This document shows positions 9,463 through 18,479 of a stretch of 64,000 bases of DNA, piece by piece. Origin of the DNA: a candidate division FCPU426 bacterium (lineage in GTDB: Bacteria; Oederibacteriota; Muellerivitia; Muellerivitales; Muellerivitaceae); the NCBI GenBank assembly GCA_963771075.1, contig CAVYSE010000003.1:320001-384000 (forward strand). Reading direction: 5' to 3'. Within the stretch, counting starts at the first letter, position 1. Each line of letters begins with the position of its first letter. The position numbers were made by a program, and so were the translations under genes. The notes under the pieces are model-generated. The model saw only the letters and a list, made by a program, of their open reading frames with translations. It did not search any database and was not told the DNA's origin.

Positions 9463-10948
9463 TGTTTGAATTGTTTTTCTTCAAATCCGTTAGGACTTTC
9501 CGGGCCTCTTCCCGGTCGTCAAAATGGGTTTTCCGGTCCCCGATGATCTGGTAGGTTTCGTGTCCCTTGCCGGCGATGAGCACCAAATCGCCCCTGCCGG
9601 CTCGGGTCAGCGCCAGGCGGATCGCCTTCCGCCGGTCCTCTTGCACGAGAACGGTCCGGTTCTTGCCTTGCGTCCTTCCCTTCGGAATTCCCGCCAGGAT
9701 GTCATTCAGGATGGTCTTGGGCTTCTCAGTGCGGGGATTGTCGGAAGTCACCACCGTGAGATCCGCCAAAGCGGAGGAAATCCTTCCCATGAGCGGCCGC
9801 TTCGTCTTGTCCCGGTCACCGCCGCAGCCGAAAACCGAAATGAGCTTCCGTCCAGAGGTCTGGTCAAGGATTTGCCGGGAGGCGATCAGCGCTTGTTCCA
9901 AGGCATCGGAGGTATGGGCGTAATCCACCAATACGGTGAAATCCTGCCCGGCTTTTACGGCCTCGAACCGGCCCGGCACGGCCGGGGCTTGCGCCAGGCC
10001 CTTGCGCAAGACTTCCCAGGAGAAACCCAATTCCCGAAGGACCGCCAGGGCGGCCAGGGAGTTGTAAATATTAAAGAGCCCCGTCAGGGGCACCTCAAAG
10101 GAATGGCCCTGAAGGGTGAAGGAACTATGGCCGGGGTGGAGCTGAATATTCTGGGCCTGGTAAAGGCAGGAAGTTTTGATGCCATAGCCGACGGCCCGGG
10201 GACCCAGTAACCGGATGAGTTTTTTGCCATAGGCGTCATCGGCGTTAACGACCCGGGTTCGGACCGAGCCGAACCCCGTGAAAAGGATTTGCTTCGCTTT
10301 GAAATAATTGGAAAAGGTCTTGTGGAAATCCAGGTGGTCCCGCCCCAGGTTGGTGAATACCGCTCCTTGGAATTCCACGCCCGCGACCCTCTTTTGGACC
10401 AGCGAGTGGGAGGATACTTCCATCACCGCGTGGGAACACTTCGCCCTTTCCATCTCGGAGAGCAGGCGGTTGACGATCAGGGAGGAAGGGGTCGTGTTGG
10501 GGGCCTCATACCGCTTCTTCCCGACTTGATAGGAAATGGTCCCGAGAAGGCCGGTCTTTTTCCCCGCCTTTTCTAGCAGGTGGCGAATAAGGAAGGTCGT
10601 GGTGGTCTTTCCCTTGGTGCCGGTCACGCCGATGACCTTCACCCTTCGGGATGGGTTTCGATAGAAGGCTTTGCAGGCCATCGCCAGGGCTTCCCGGCCG
10701 TCGGACACCACCACCTGGGGGGCGTTCAAGCCCTGGATGGGCTTTTTCTCGACGACCACGCAGGCGGCGCCCTTCCCCACGGCTTCCATGGCGAAGTTCC
10801 GCCCGTCGGTTTTGAACCCGGGCAGGCAGAAAAAGAGGTCGCCCCTTCGCGCGTTTTTGGAGTTCTCGCTCAAACCCGAGATGGGAGTTTCGACGGACCC
10901 CATCCCATAGGAAGCCTTCATGGCTTTTAATAAGAGGGAGAGTTTCAT
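9407..10948 (-). CDS. murE: UDP-MurNAc-L-Ala-D-Glu--meso-diaminopimelate ligase
   Basis: GTKGKTT, EVSSH, DHLDFH, VDYAHT, FGCGGDRD, DNPR (m-DAP specificity motif) and GKGHE. Confidence 0.97.
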   Translation of the reverse strand: MKLSLLLKAMKASYGMGSVETPISGLSENSKNARRGDLFFCLPGFKTDGRNFAMEAVGKGAACVVVEKKPIQGLNAPQVVVSDGREALAMACKAFYRNPSRRVKVIGVTGTKGKTTTTFLIRHLLEKAGKKTGLLGTISYQVGKKRYEAPNTTPSSLIVNRLLSEMERAKCSHAVMEVSSHSLVQKRVAGVEFQGAVFTNLGRDHLDFHKTFSNYFKAKQILFTGFGSVRTRVVNADDAYGKKLIRLLGPRAVGYGIKTSCLYQAQNIQLHPGHSSFTLQGHSFEVPLTGLFNIYNSLAALAVLRELGFSWEVLRKGLAQAPAVPGRFEAVKAGQDFTVLVDYAHTSDALEQALIASRQILDQTSGRKLISVFGCGGDRDKTKRPLMGRISSALADLTVVTSDNPRTEKPKTILNDILAGIPKGRTQGKNRTVLVQEDRRKAIRLALTRAGRGDLVLIAGKGHETYQIIGDRKTHFDDREEARKVLTDLKKNNSNIYHGDTETQRHLQEGKNG

Positions 10949-13149
10949 GAGTGCCCACCCTGGGGAAGGTCCGCCCTGACCGAGGGAAGGTCACAGCTCA
11001 AGTCGCAGGCGTTGACCGCCTTGAGGGACCGGCCGACGGGGGGGAACTGGACCCGGACGATCCCCTCACCCGTGAAATTCACCCTTAATCCCAGGGGAGC
11101 CAGCAGGGCGAGGGCTTGGCGTTTGGTCTTGCCCCGCAGGTCGGGCATCACGCCCGGGGGAGGGACATTCGCCCCGTTCATCGAAACACCCTTTCCGTCG
11201 ACGGTGTTCGGCGGGGCGTTCGAACGGGCGGTGCCCGCGGGGGCGGATCCCAGGATGAGGGTCACGCCGATGGAGTTTTTGGGGTCCTCCAGGGTATAGG
11301 TTCCGGCCAAGGGGGTCTGGGCTACGATCCGGCTTCCCTTGCCCGTGAACTTGTACTTCACCTGCTTATCCTTCGCCAGTTGGAGCCCCTGGACGCGGGT
11401 AAGCCCCAGGAATGAGGGAAGTTCCCGGTGGATGACGGCGATTTCATCCGCGTCCGTTTTTACGGCGGGCACCAGGGCATAGGCCAGGGCCCGCTTGGCG
11501 ACTTCCTTAAATACGGGCCCCGCGGTGTAACCGCCCCAATAGATTCCCCTCGGGTCATCCAGCGAGCAGTAGATCACGTATTTGGGGTTGTCGGCGGGAA
11601 CAAACCCCACGAAGGAGGAAACGTAATTGTTCGTGGCGTAATGGCCGTTCATGAATTTATAGGCCGTCCCCGTCTTGCCCGCGATGGGGTAGGCGGGCAG
11701 GTCCACCGCGGTGCCGGTACCGTATTGGACCACCCAGCGCAACATGGCGGTGAGACGCTGGGCGGTTTTCTCCGAGCAGATCCGCTTCCCCTTCTCGGGC
11801 GCAAAGCTTTTCACCACCGCTCCCGTCTTGCTCACCAGGGCCTTAACCAGGGTAGGCTTCATCATGACGCCCCCGTTGGCGATGGCCGCGTAAGCCCGAA
11901 GGATCTGGATGGGCGTGGCCGAGACCTCGTAACCGTAGGGGATGGTGGTCATGGAGGTTCCGCTCCATTGCGCCACGGGCCGGAGCTTCCCCGAAGCCTC
12001 GCCGGGCAGGTCGATGCCGGTCGGCTCCCCAAAGCCCAGGCGCTGGCAATAGCGGTACAGGTTGTCCTTGCCCAGTTTGGCCCCCACCTTCACCATGCCG
12101 ATGTTGGAGGAATAGCCGAAAACCTCCCGGAAGGTCAGCCAACCGTGTTTTTCATGGTCGGTGACCACCCGCCCGTAATCGGTGCGGAAGGCGCCGTTCT
12201 CGCAGAAAAACTTGTCGTCCTCATTAACTACGCCCTCCTCCAGGGCGCCCAGGGCCGTCACCAGTTTGAAGGTAGAGCCCGGCTCGAACTCGTCATTGAC
12301 CATGCGGTCGCGGTAAAGCTCAGGGGAATAGGAAGTGAAATGGTTCGGGTCGAAGGTGGGGAAATTGGCCAGGGCCAGGATTTCCCCGGTCTTGGGGTTC
12401 ATGACCGCGATGGAGGCGGCCTTACAGCGGTATTTCTCGAAGGCCTTCTGCAACTCCACTTGGGCCACGTGCTGGAGGGTGGCGTCCAGGGTGGTGACCA
12501 CGTTCAGGCCGTCCCGGCTCTGCTTTTTCTGGATATTGTCGGAGGACACCAGCCGGCCCCGGGCGTCCCTTTCCGCCATGACCAGGCCTTTCTGGCCCGC
12601 CAGGTCCTTTTCGTAGTAGCGCTCCAGGCCGTTCAAACCCTGGTGGTCCAGGCCGGTGAAGCCCAGCGCCTGGGCCGCCATATCTCGGTCGGGGTAAAAG
12701 CGCCGTTCTTCCCGCGAGGCTTCGACGCCCTGGAGCTTCAAGCTTTCCACGGCCTGGGAGCGCTCGAAGGGAACCTCCCGGGCCAGCCAGATGAAGGACT
12801 TTTCCCCGGAGAGCTTGGAAAGGATAAAACCGTAGGACAACCCGAGCGCGTTGGAAAGCACCGCCGCGGTGCGGGGCTTGTCCTGGATCTGGTCGGGATG
12901 GGCGCAAACGTTGTAGAGGTCGATGTTCATGGCCAAGAGCACGCCGTCCCGGTCCTCGATGAATCCCCGGGAGGGCTCGGTTTCCTTGGAGGTGTACTGC
13001 TGGTGGAAGGCGTATTGGCTGTACTCGCCGTGCTTGAGGACCTGAAGGTACACCAGGCGTCCCTCCACGCCCAACAGGGCGAGGAAGATCACCGTTTCCA
13101 ATAACCACAACCGCTGGTGGAATGGGGAGAGGGACGCGCGCGGGCTCAC
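10945..13149 (-). CDS. ftsI: Class B penicillin-binding protein FtsI with C-terminal PASTA-like repeats
   Basis: RGFIEDRDG, STFK, SSN and KTG motifs; GTG at 13149 overlaps the ftsL stop. Confidence 0.93.
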   Translation of the reverse strand: MSPRASLSPFHQRLWLLETVIFLALLGVEGRLVYLQVLKHGEYSQYAFHQQYTSKETEPSRGFIEDRDGVLLAMNIDLYNVCAHPDQIQDKPRTAAVLSNALGLSYGFILSKLSGEKSFIWLAREVPFERSQAVESLKLQGVEASREERRFYPDRDMAAQALGFTGLDHQGLNGLERYYEKDLAGQKGLVMAERDARGRLVSSDNIQKKQSRDGLNVVTTLDATLQHVAQVELQKAFEKYRCKAASIAVMNPKTGEILALANFPTFDPNHFTSYSPELYRDRMVNDEFEPGSTFKLVTALGALEEGVVNEDDKFFCENGAFRTDYGRVVTDHEKHGWLTFREVFGYSSNIGMVKVGAKLGKDNLYRYCQRLGFGEPTGIDLPGEASGKLRPVAQWSGTSMTTIPYGYEVSATPIQILRAYAAIANGGVMMKPTLVKALVSKTGAVVKSFAPEKGKRICSEKTAQRLTAMLRWVVQYGTGTAVDLPAYPIAGKTGTAYKFMNGHYATNNYVSSFVGFVPADNPKYVIYCSLDDPRGIYWGGYTAGPVFKEVAKRALAYALVPAVKTDADEIAVIHRELPSFLGLTRVQGLQLAKDKQVKYKFTGKGSRIVAQTPLAGTYTLEDPKNSIGVTLILGSAPAGTARSNAPPNTVDGKGVSMNGANVPPPGVMPDLRGKTKRQALALLAPLGLRVNFTGEGIVRVQFPPVGRSLKAVNACDLSCDLPSVRADLPQGGHS

Positions 13150-13583
13150 AGCTTGCCTCCCCGGCCCATGAATCGGGTCCACCAGCCGAGCCACTGGGGC
13201 ATGACCGAACCGCCGTCCGGGAGGATGACCACCTGCGAGGTGCTCGGCGTCACCATCCCCAGTTGGTTGCGGGCGATGGATTCCACCTTGGCCATGCTGT
13301 CCACGTCGTACATGCGGTACTTGAGGTAATAGTACTCGTTGGTCAGGGATTGCTTTTGGGCCTTCAGGACCTGGACCTCATAGGCCAGCTTCACGACCTG
13401 CATGCGCTGCCACACGATGGCGAAGAGGACCAGGCTCAGGGCCAGGATGCCCCAAAAAGTTCCCTTGTATTCCCTGCGCTTCAGGGCGCTTGCCAGGTTG
13501 CTGCGCCAGAAGAGCCCGTTTTGGAGGGCCTCTCCGGCCGTGCCCAGGACCCGGTCCTTCATTTGGGTGGCGGCGCCGTTCAA
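13146..13583 (-). CDS. ftsL: Cell division protein FtsL
   Basis: Single TM followed by coiled coil and IARNQLGMVTP; sits between rsmH and ftsI. Confidence 0.85.
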   Translation of the reverse strand: MNGAATQMKDRVLGTAGEALQNGLFWRSNLASALKRREYKGTFWGILALSLVLFAIVWQRMQVVKLAYEVQVLKAQKQSLTNEYYYLKYRMYDVDSMAKVESIARNQLGMVTPSTSQVVILPDGGSVMPQWLGWWTRFMGRGGKL

Positions 13584-14524
13584 GAAGCGCCTCCCGGAGC
13601 GAGTTTTTCCGCCGCCCGCAGCTTGGCGCTTCGGGAACGGGGATTCTCGGAAATTTCCGCCTCGGACGGGGAAATGGGTTTGCCCGTCAGGATCTTCAGG
13701 GAGGCCTTATGCCCGCAAACGCACATCGGGATGTCGGGGGGACAGATACAGTCGATGGACTCGCGCTTGAAAGTCTGCTTCACGATGCGGTCCTCAAGGG
13801 AATGGAAGGTGATGACCGCCAGGCGGCCCCCCGGCTTGAGGACGGAGAAAACGGAACGCAGTCCCTTTTGGAGGACTTCCAGCTCCCGGTTCACTTCGAT
13901 CCGGAGGGCCTGGAACAGGCGGGTAGCGGGGTGTTTGGAATCACGGCCCTGGGGACGGCCCAAAACCTTTTTGGCCAGGTCGGCCAGCTGGGAAGTGGTG
14001 CGCAGGGGTTCTTCCGCCCGGGCTCTCACGATGGCTCGGGCCAGGGCGCGGGCCTTGGGCTCCTCGCCGAACTCGAAAAAGATTTTGGAAAGCTTTTCTT
14101 CGGGATAGTTGTTGAGGACTTCGGAGGCGGTGAACCCCGCGGCTTGGTCCATGCGCATATCGAGGGGACCCTCGTTCATGAAGGAAAAGCCCCGTGCGGG
14201 TGTGTCCAATTGATAGGAGGATACGCCAATATCCATCAACACGCTGTCAACCTCGTTTACGGAAAGGTCTTTCAGCACCCACAGGAGGTCGGCGAAGTTA
14301 GCCTTGTACAGGGAGACCCGCGGGTCGCCCTGGAGTGCCAGGCCAGCGTGTTGTAGGGCATCGACATCCTGATCCAAACCGATCAACCGGCCCCGCGGAA
14401 GCCGTTTCAACAGCTCCGAGGCGTGGCCGCCCATCCCGACCGTTAAATCCAAAACCACCCCGTCGGGCGGGGGTGAAAGGGCTTCGACCGCTTCCATCAT
14501 CAGTACGGGCCGGTGAACGCTCAT
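13580..14524 (-). CDS. rsmH: 16S rRNA m4C1402 methyltransferase
   Basis: HRPVL, GMGGH, DIGVSSYQLD, PLDMRMD, FQALRIEVN, FHSLEDRIVK and NPRSRSAKLR motifs. Confidence 0.98.
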   Translation of the reverse strand: MSVHRPVLMMEAVEALSPPPDGVVLDLTVGMGGHASELLKRLPRGRLIGLDQDVDALQHAGLALQGDPRVSLYKANFADLLWVLKDLSVNEVDSVLMDIGVSSYQLDTPARGFSFMNEGPLDMRMDQAAGFTASEVLNNYPEEKLSKIFFEFGEEPKARALARAIVRARAEEPLRTTSQLADLAKKVLGRPQGRDSKHPATRLFQALRIEVNRELEVLQKGLRSVFSVLKPGGRLAVITFHSLEDRIVKQTFKRESIDCICPPDIPMCVCGHKASLKILTGKPISPSEAEISENPRSRSAKLRAAEKLAPGGAS

Positions 14525-14634
14525 CGCTCGGCGGCCTTCACCCGCGTTACGCGCGAACCGCGCGCGCTGGAAACGGGGAGACCCGGGGAATTCAAGGTTC
14601 CCCTCGTCACGGCGCTTCCACGGATGGGTTTCAT
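14521..14634 (-). CDS. Possible 37-aa leader ORF coupled to rsmH (MKPIRGSAVTRGTLNSPGLPVSSARGSRVTRVKAAER)
   Basis: AAGGA upstream of ATG 14634; its TGA overlaps the rsmH ATG (ATGA); below the ORF-track size limit. Confidence 0.35.
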   Translation of the reverse strand: MKPIRGSAVTRGTLNSPGLPVSSARGSRVTRVKAAER

Positions 14635-14751
14635 TTTTTCCTTGGGCACTTCCCTTTAATCGCGTTGGAGTGGGTGTCGATCAGCTCGGCGTCATCTCTC
14701 GACTGCTTGCGGCGAACCAAAATCCCCGTCTGGGTGTTGGACGGACCTTGT

Positions 14752-15090
14752 TTAGTTCTCGAACCGGGCGACCGCCAGGTCCTCGTTGGACACCATGTCG
14801 AAATAGCCGAAGGCCCCGACCAGCTTAAAAAGGTTGGCGACGTAGGGCGCCACGGCGACAAGCTTGATCTCCCCGCCCAAGCCGCGCAGGCGGAAATGTT
14901 TCTCGGTCAGTTTCGAGATCCCGTCCAGGGCCACATGGTTGACCTGGCGGAAATTCAGGATGACCTTGGTTTTCCCCTTGATGGAAAGGTCCGACAGGAC
15001 GCGAATCAAGCCATCCATGTCCTGGAGGGACAGGTCCCCCGCCAGGCGCAGTACGGTCACGGTCTCTTCCGGCTCTAAAGCGACGGCCAC
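14752..15090 (-). CDS. STAS domain (anti-sigma antagonist-like) protein 2
   Basis: 112 aa; VLRLAGDL, VILNFRQVNHV, GGEIKLV and LFKLVG pattern. Confidence 0.85.
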   Translation of the reverse strand: MAVALEPEETVTVLRLAGDLSLQDMDGLIRVLSDLSIKGKTKVILNFRQVNHVALDGISKLTEKHFRLRGLGGEIKLVAVAPYVANLFKLVGAFGYFDMVSNEDLAVARFEN

Positions 15091-15118
15091 GGTTCACCCC
15101 CCTCGTTTTTCCAGCGTT

Positions 15119-15469
15119 TCAAGCGATGGCCGGCATCCGGCCGGTCTTTTCCATCATGACCTCGACGGTGGGATAAACATCGAACACGGTTTCGACCCCC
15201 ATGGTCCGAAACAGGTGCGCCAACCGGCTGTTCAACCCCACGATCTTCAGGTCCCCCCTCTTGAAGCGAACCTGCCCCCAGTGATTCACCAGGATCCCCA
15301 AGCCACTGGCGTTCATGAAACCCACGTCCTTCAAATTGAGCACCAAGTGGCGGTAACCCTTGATCATCAGGGTATCGATGGCCTGCCCCAGGGCGGCCAG
15401 GTCTTCCTCGCTCAAATCCCCGCTCACATGGATAAGGGAGAATTTTTCCTTGATCTCGATGCCGATCAT
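15119..15469 (-). CDS. STAS domain (anti-sigma antagonist-like) protein 1
   Basis: 116 aa from ATG 15469 after AAGGAGG; LVLNLKDVGFMNASGLGILV, GDLKIVG. Confidence 0.9.
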   Translation of the reverse strand: MIGIEIKEKFSLIHVSGDLSEEDLAALGQAIDTLMIKGYRHLVLNLKDVGFMNASGLGILVNHWGQVRFKRGDLKIVGLNSRLAHLFRTMGVETVFDVYPTVEVMMEKTGRMPAIA

Positions 15470-15483
15470 CCGGTTCGCCCTCC

Positions 15484-15951
15484 TTATAGGCTGATGGATT
15501 GGATACCCTTGTCGGACAATTTCTGCGCCAGGTTTTCCAGCGATTGCGCGGACTGGGACGTTTGGGCGTGATAGTTCTCGTATTGCTCTTTGTCCCAGAT
15601 CTCGATGTGCTGTAACATACCCATGATCACCACGCTCTTGCTGATGCCCGCTTCCTTGCGCAAGACCGGGGAGATCATGATGCGGCCCTGCGTATCGATC
15701 TGAATTTCGTCCGTGGCCCGAAGGAGGGTTCTTTGTAAAAGCCGGACCTCGGAGCTCAGGCTGTCGAGGGAGGACAACTTCTCCTCGATTTTTTTCCATA
15801 CATCCTGGGGATAGAGATAAAGGCACTTGTCGAGGCCCAAGGTCAAAACGAGGGGTGTTTCATGTTGATCGCGGATCTGGTCGCGCAAACGCACCGGAAG
15901 AACCGTTCTTCCCTTGTCGTCCACCGAGTTGTAATAGGTTCCGCGAAACAT
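15484..15951 (-). CDS. mraZ: Division/cell wall cluster transcriptional repressor MraZ
   Basis: MFRGTY..VDDKGR, DTQGRI and IEIWD motifs; first gene of the cluster. Confidence 0.97.
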   Translation of the reverse strand: MFRGTYYNSVDDKGRTVLPVRLRDQIRDQHETPLVLTLGLDKCLYLYPQDVWKKIEEKLSSLDSLSSEVRLLQRTLLRATDEIQIDTQGRIMISPVLRKEAGISKSVVIMGMLQHIEIWDKEQYENYHAQTSQSAQSLENLAQKLSDKGIQSISL

Positions 15952-16006
15952 GGAAGGCCTTAAAAAGCATTGTTTTATATGGGTTTTGGATAGGTTATAG
16001 GTTCTA

Positions 16007-16040
16007 CCACTTCCTACCATAAGTACCCACTTGGCGCCAT
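16007..16040 (-). promoter_or_regulatory. MraZ-binding repeats: four RTGG boxes at 10-bp spacing
   Basis: Plus-strand CCAC/CCAT at 16007, 16017, 16027 and 16037, directly upstream of mraZ. Confidence 0.85.
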
Positions 16041-16067
16041 TATTCAAGCTTTTATGGGTATCGTCAA
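16039..16067 (-). promoter_or_regulatory. Sigma70-type dcw promoter (TTGACG-17 nt-AATAAT)
   Basis: -35 at 16062-16067 and -10 at 16039-16044, overlapping the first MraZ box. Confidence 0.65.
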
Positions 16068-16191
16068 GATTATTTTGTTAAAAACGCATTATTTTACATG
16101 GGTTCTGCGGTGGTAGGTTCAGGCAAGGTTGGCTAGAAAAGGGTAAAAAGTCAGTGCGGAAGGTTAAAAGACTATAAAAACAATACCTAAT

Positions 16192-16306
16192 TTCACCACA
16201 GGCCGCCTTTGGCGGCCACAGAGGCACAGAGAAAAACCCTTCTAAATTTAGGGATTTTAACCTATTTGGCCGGGTTTACTCTGTGTCTCCGTGTCTCTGT
16301 GGTAAA
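16192..16306. repeat. REP-like pair (CACCACAGAG family) with a GCCGCCTTTGGCGGC mini-hairpin in the left arm
   Basis: TTCACCACAG[GCCGCCTTTGGCGGC]CACAGAGGCACAGAG versus CTCTGTGTCTCCGTGTCTCTGTGGTAAA. Confidence 0.8.
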
Positions 16307-16345
16307 TATTGGGTGTTTTTAGGGATTCTAATCTACGCGGCGAAT

Positions 16346-17440
16346 CTAAAAAGGTTCGCCGATGTCGAACCAAAGCTCGTTGTCGTCGCTTCCGAATCCC
16401 CAATCCAATCGAACGATCGCCCCGAAATAAGGCAGGGGCGTTGAGCGCAAACCTACCTGGACCGACCCGAGCAGGTTGTTGAATGCGCTGTCGGTGATAT
16501 CGCCCATATCCACGGAGAGGGCTCCCCCCACGTAGGGAAAAAGGGGAAAGCGGGCCTCTTCCTGGACCAGCCAAAAATTATTTCCGCGGAATCGGTTGGA
16601 GTTATAACCGCGTAGTTGCCATTCCCCGCCCAGGCTGTAGCGAAAAGAGTAGGAGGGATCTCCGCTGGTGAAACCCACGCGGACTTTCGACACGAGACAA
16701 ATCGGGTCCAGGACCATTTCATAAAGACGGCCTTCCCCTTCCCACTGGAAAACATCCGTTCCGATTCCATCATCCCCATCGGCGGGCAGGGTAAATAGGC
16801 CGATCCTTAAATAACGCCCCATCACCGGCTGGACCGATGGGACCCGGTCGTCGAAACTGGCCTGCACACCCGCTTTCCATTCGGATTCATTTGGAAATAA
16901 AGAGCTGCTCGTCCAACCCCGGTATAAATATTGAAAAGAGGGCCCTAAATAAAAGCCTTTTTCCAATTGAACTTGGAAAAGGCAAGTGCCTTGGTCCAGG
17001 GTACTTTTCAATGTCTGGTATAGATTTGGGGTTTGGTCCCCTTCCCCGTAATAATCCTGGATGTTATCCCCGAAGGTTCCGTTAATTCGAAAAAACCATT
17101 CCCCCGGCCTGTTCCACTTGAGGCCAAAACTAAAATCCGTATAGTCCGTGAAACTGGTCAAAAAGGAAAAGGAAAGATAGCTTTCAGTTTTATTTTCGAT
17201 CAGCTTAAGGCCCGCGCCCAAAACCAGGCCATAAGGACTCATGATGGAAGCGTCCGGAAAAGGCTCCAACCGGAAACTTTCCAATCGGGTTTGGGAGACC
17301 GGTTCTTGGTTGCCAAATGGTGCGGGGGACGAAGCCGAAGGGACCGTAGCATCCCCGGCAAAGGCATGGGGATTCATGAGAAATAGGAAAACCCCTATTG
17401 TGAATGCGGCTCCGGCAAATTTCCGTTTTATGATTCGCAT
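16346..17440 (-). CDS. Omp85 (BamA/TamA-family) beta-barrel protein, apparently without POTRA domains
   Basis: Signal peptide, LGG...LRGY loop motif, alternating beta-strand pattern, C-terminal DIGEPF. Confidence 0.8.
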   Translation of the reverse strand: MRIIKRKFAGAAFTIGVFLFLMNPHAFAGDATVPSASSPAPFGNQEPVSQTRLESFRLEPFPDASIMSPYGLVLGAGLKLIENKTESYLSFSFLTSFTDYTDFSFGLKWNRPGEWFFRINGTFGDNIQDYYGEGDQTPNLYQTLKSTLDQGTCLFQVQLEKGFYLGPSFQYLYRGWTSSSLFPNESEWKAGVQASFDDRVPSVQPVMGRYLRIGLFTLPADGDDGIGTDVFQWEGEGRLYEMVLDPICLVSKVRVGFTSGDPSYSFRYSLGGEWQLRGYNSNRFRGNNFWLVQEEARFPLFPYVGGALSVDMGDITDSAFNNLLGSVQVGLRSTPLPYFGAIVRLDWGFGSDDNELWFDIGEPF

Positions 17441-17725
17441 GGTTCCTTAAATCAGATCACTCTTACTTTGAATTTTCCAAACGGGCACTTCCTTTTGAAT
17501 TCCTACAAGATGGAATCCTCGGGGCATGAAACTTTAATGAGGAAACAACCCAAACGCCAAGGGAAAACGAACCCCCTCGTTTTATTTTCAAAAAAACCAC
17601 AGGCTTGAAAGGCTATCGTTTGCCCAATAATAGGCGCCTTTTTATTGATTTGAATAGTGTCCTCATGGCATATAGAGCCAACTTTTACCTCCATCGCCTG
17701 AAAGCGATCAAGGAAGGCACAATTT

Positions 17726-18091
17726 ATGAATCAGACTTTATTTGGCGAAAAAAGGGCCCATGAAAGGGTCCCCCTCAAGATGCGCGTGCGTTACCGGGTT
17801 TTAGACGAGTTTGTGACCGCCCGAAACGTGAGTGATTTCACGAAAAGCGAGAACCAATCCCAAACCCTGGATACCAGCCTGGGCGGGATTTGCGTTTCCC
17901 AGAGCGGAAATTTAAAACCGGGCAACATCCTGAATTTGAAGCTCATCCTGCCCAATTGCGATGATGTGATCACGGCCTTCGCGGATGTGGTCTGGGCCAA
18001 CGAAATCTTGGCGGGATTGAAATTCCTGGCCGTCAAAGATAAAGACATCGCGCTGTTGAACCAACAGATCCATAAGGTTCAAGTCGCTTAA
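17726..18091 (+). CDS. Stand-alone PilZ domain protein
   Basis: RAHER (RxxxR) and DTSLGG (DxSxxG) c-di-GMP motifs; C-terminal GLKF. Confidence 0.88.
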   Translation: MNQTLFGEKRAHERVPLKMRVRYRVLDEFVTARNVSDFTKSENQSQTLDTSLGGICVSQSGNLKPGNILNLKLILPNCDDVITAFADVVWANEILAGLKFLAVKDKDIALLNQQIHKVQVA

Positions 18092-18155
18092 TTTCTTTCC
18101 GATCACAAATTCTTAGTTTGTGCCCTTCTTCCCACATGCCTAAATTTTAAATTTG

Positions 18156-18420
18156 GCTCTTTCACGAATTTGCAGATAACCCTTATCGCCAAGGAAGATA
18201 ACCCCCCCCCTTTGAAAAAGGGGGGGCCAGGGGGGTATTAGCCTTTTTGAAATTGGCCTGCAGGGGAATTTTTTTCCAAAAAATCAGGATAAAAACTAAC
18301 TTCCCCCTCCCCCCCTCTTTCAGAGGGGGGAGAAAGCGGTTTTGCCTTACTAGCCTTATTGGCCACGCTTAGCCGCCCAAGGTAATTCTGGGCCACTATC
18401 TACAAATTTAGGAAAGAGCC
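18156..18420. mobile_element. MITE-like element (~265 bp) with 24-bp imperfect terminal inverted repeats enclosing C/G-run hairpins
   Basis: GGCTCTTTCACGAATTTGCAGATA versus TATCTACAAATTTAGGAAAGAGCC (4 mismatches); internal CCCCCTCTTTCAGAGGGGG shared with 28232-28491. Confidence 0.55.
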
Positions 18421-18479
18421 TTAAATTTTATAAGGGATGAGGGACTGTATCTTGGCGTGAGGGTTGTTGCCAGGGCTTC

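Noticed and set aside
11428..13104. Long antisense ORFs (e.g. 558 aa opposite ftsI, 358 aa opposite murC, 331 aa opposite mraY)
   Set aside because: These are shadow frames expected from high GC at third codon positions; they carry no motifs and fully overlap well-supported genes.
17460..17725. c-di-GMP riboswitch upstream of the PilZ gene
   Set aside because: No recognisable GEMM consensus by eye; an Infernal scan would be needed.
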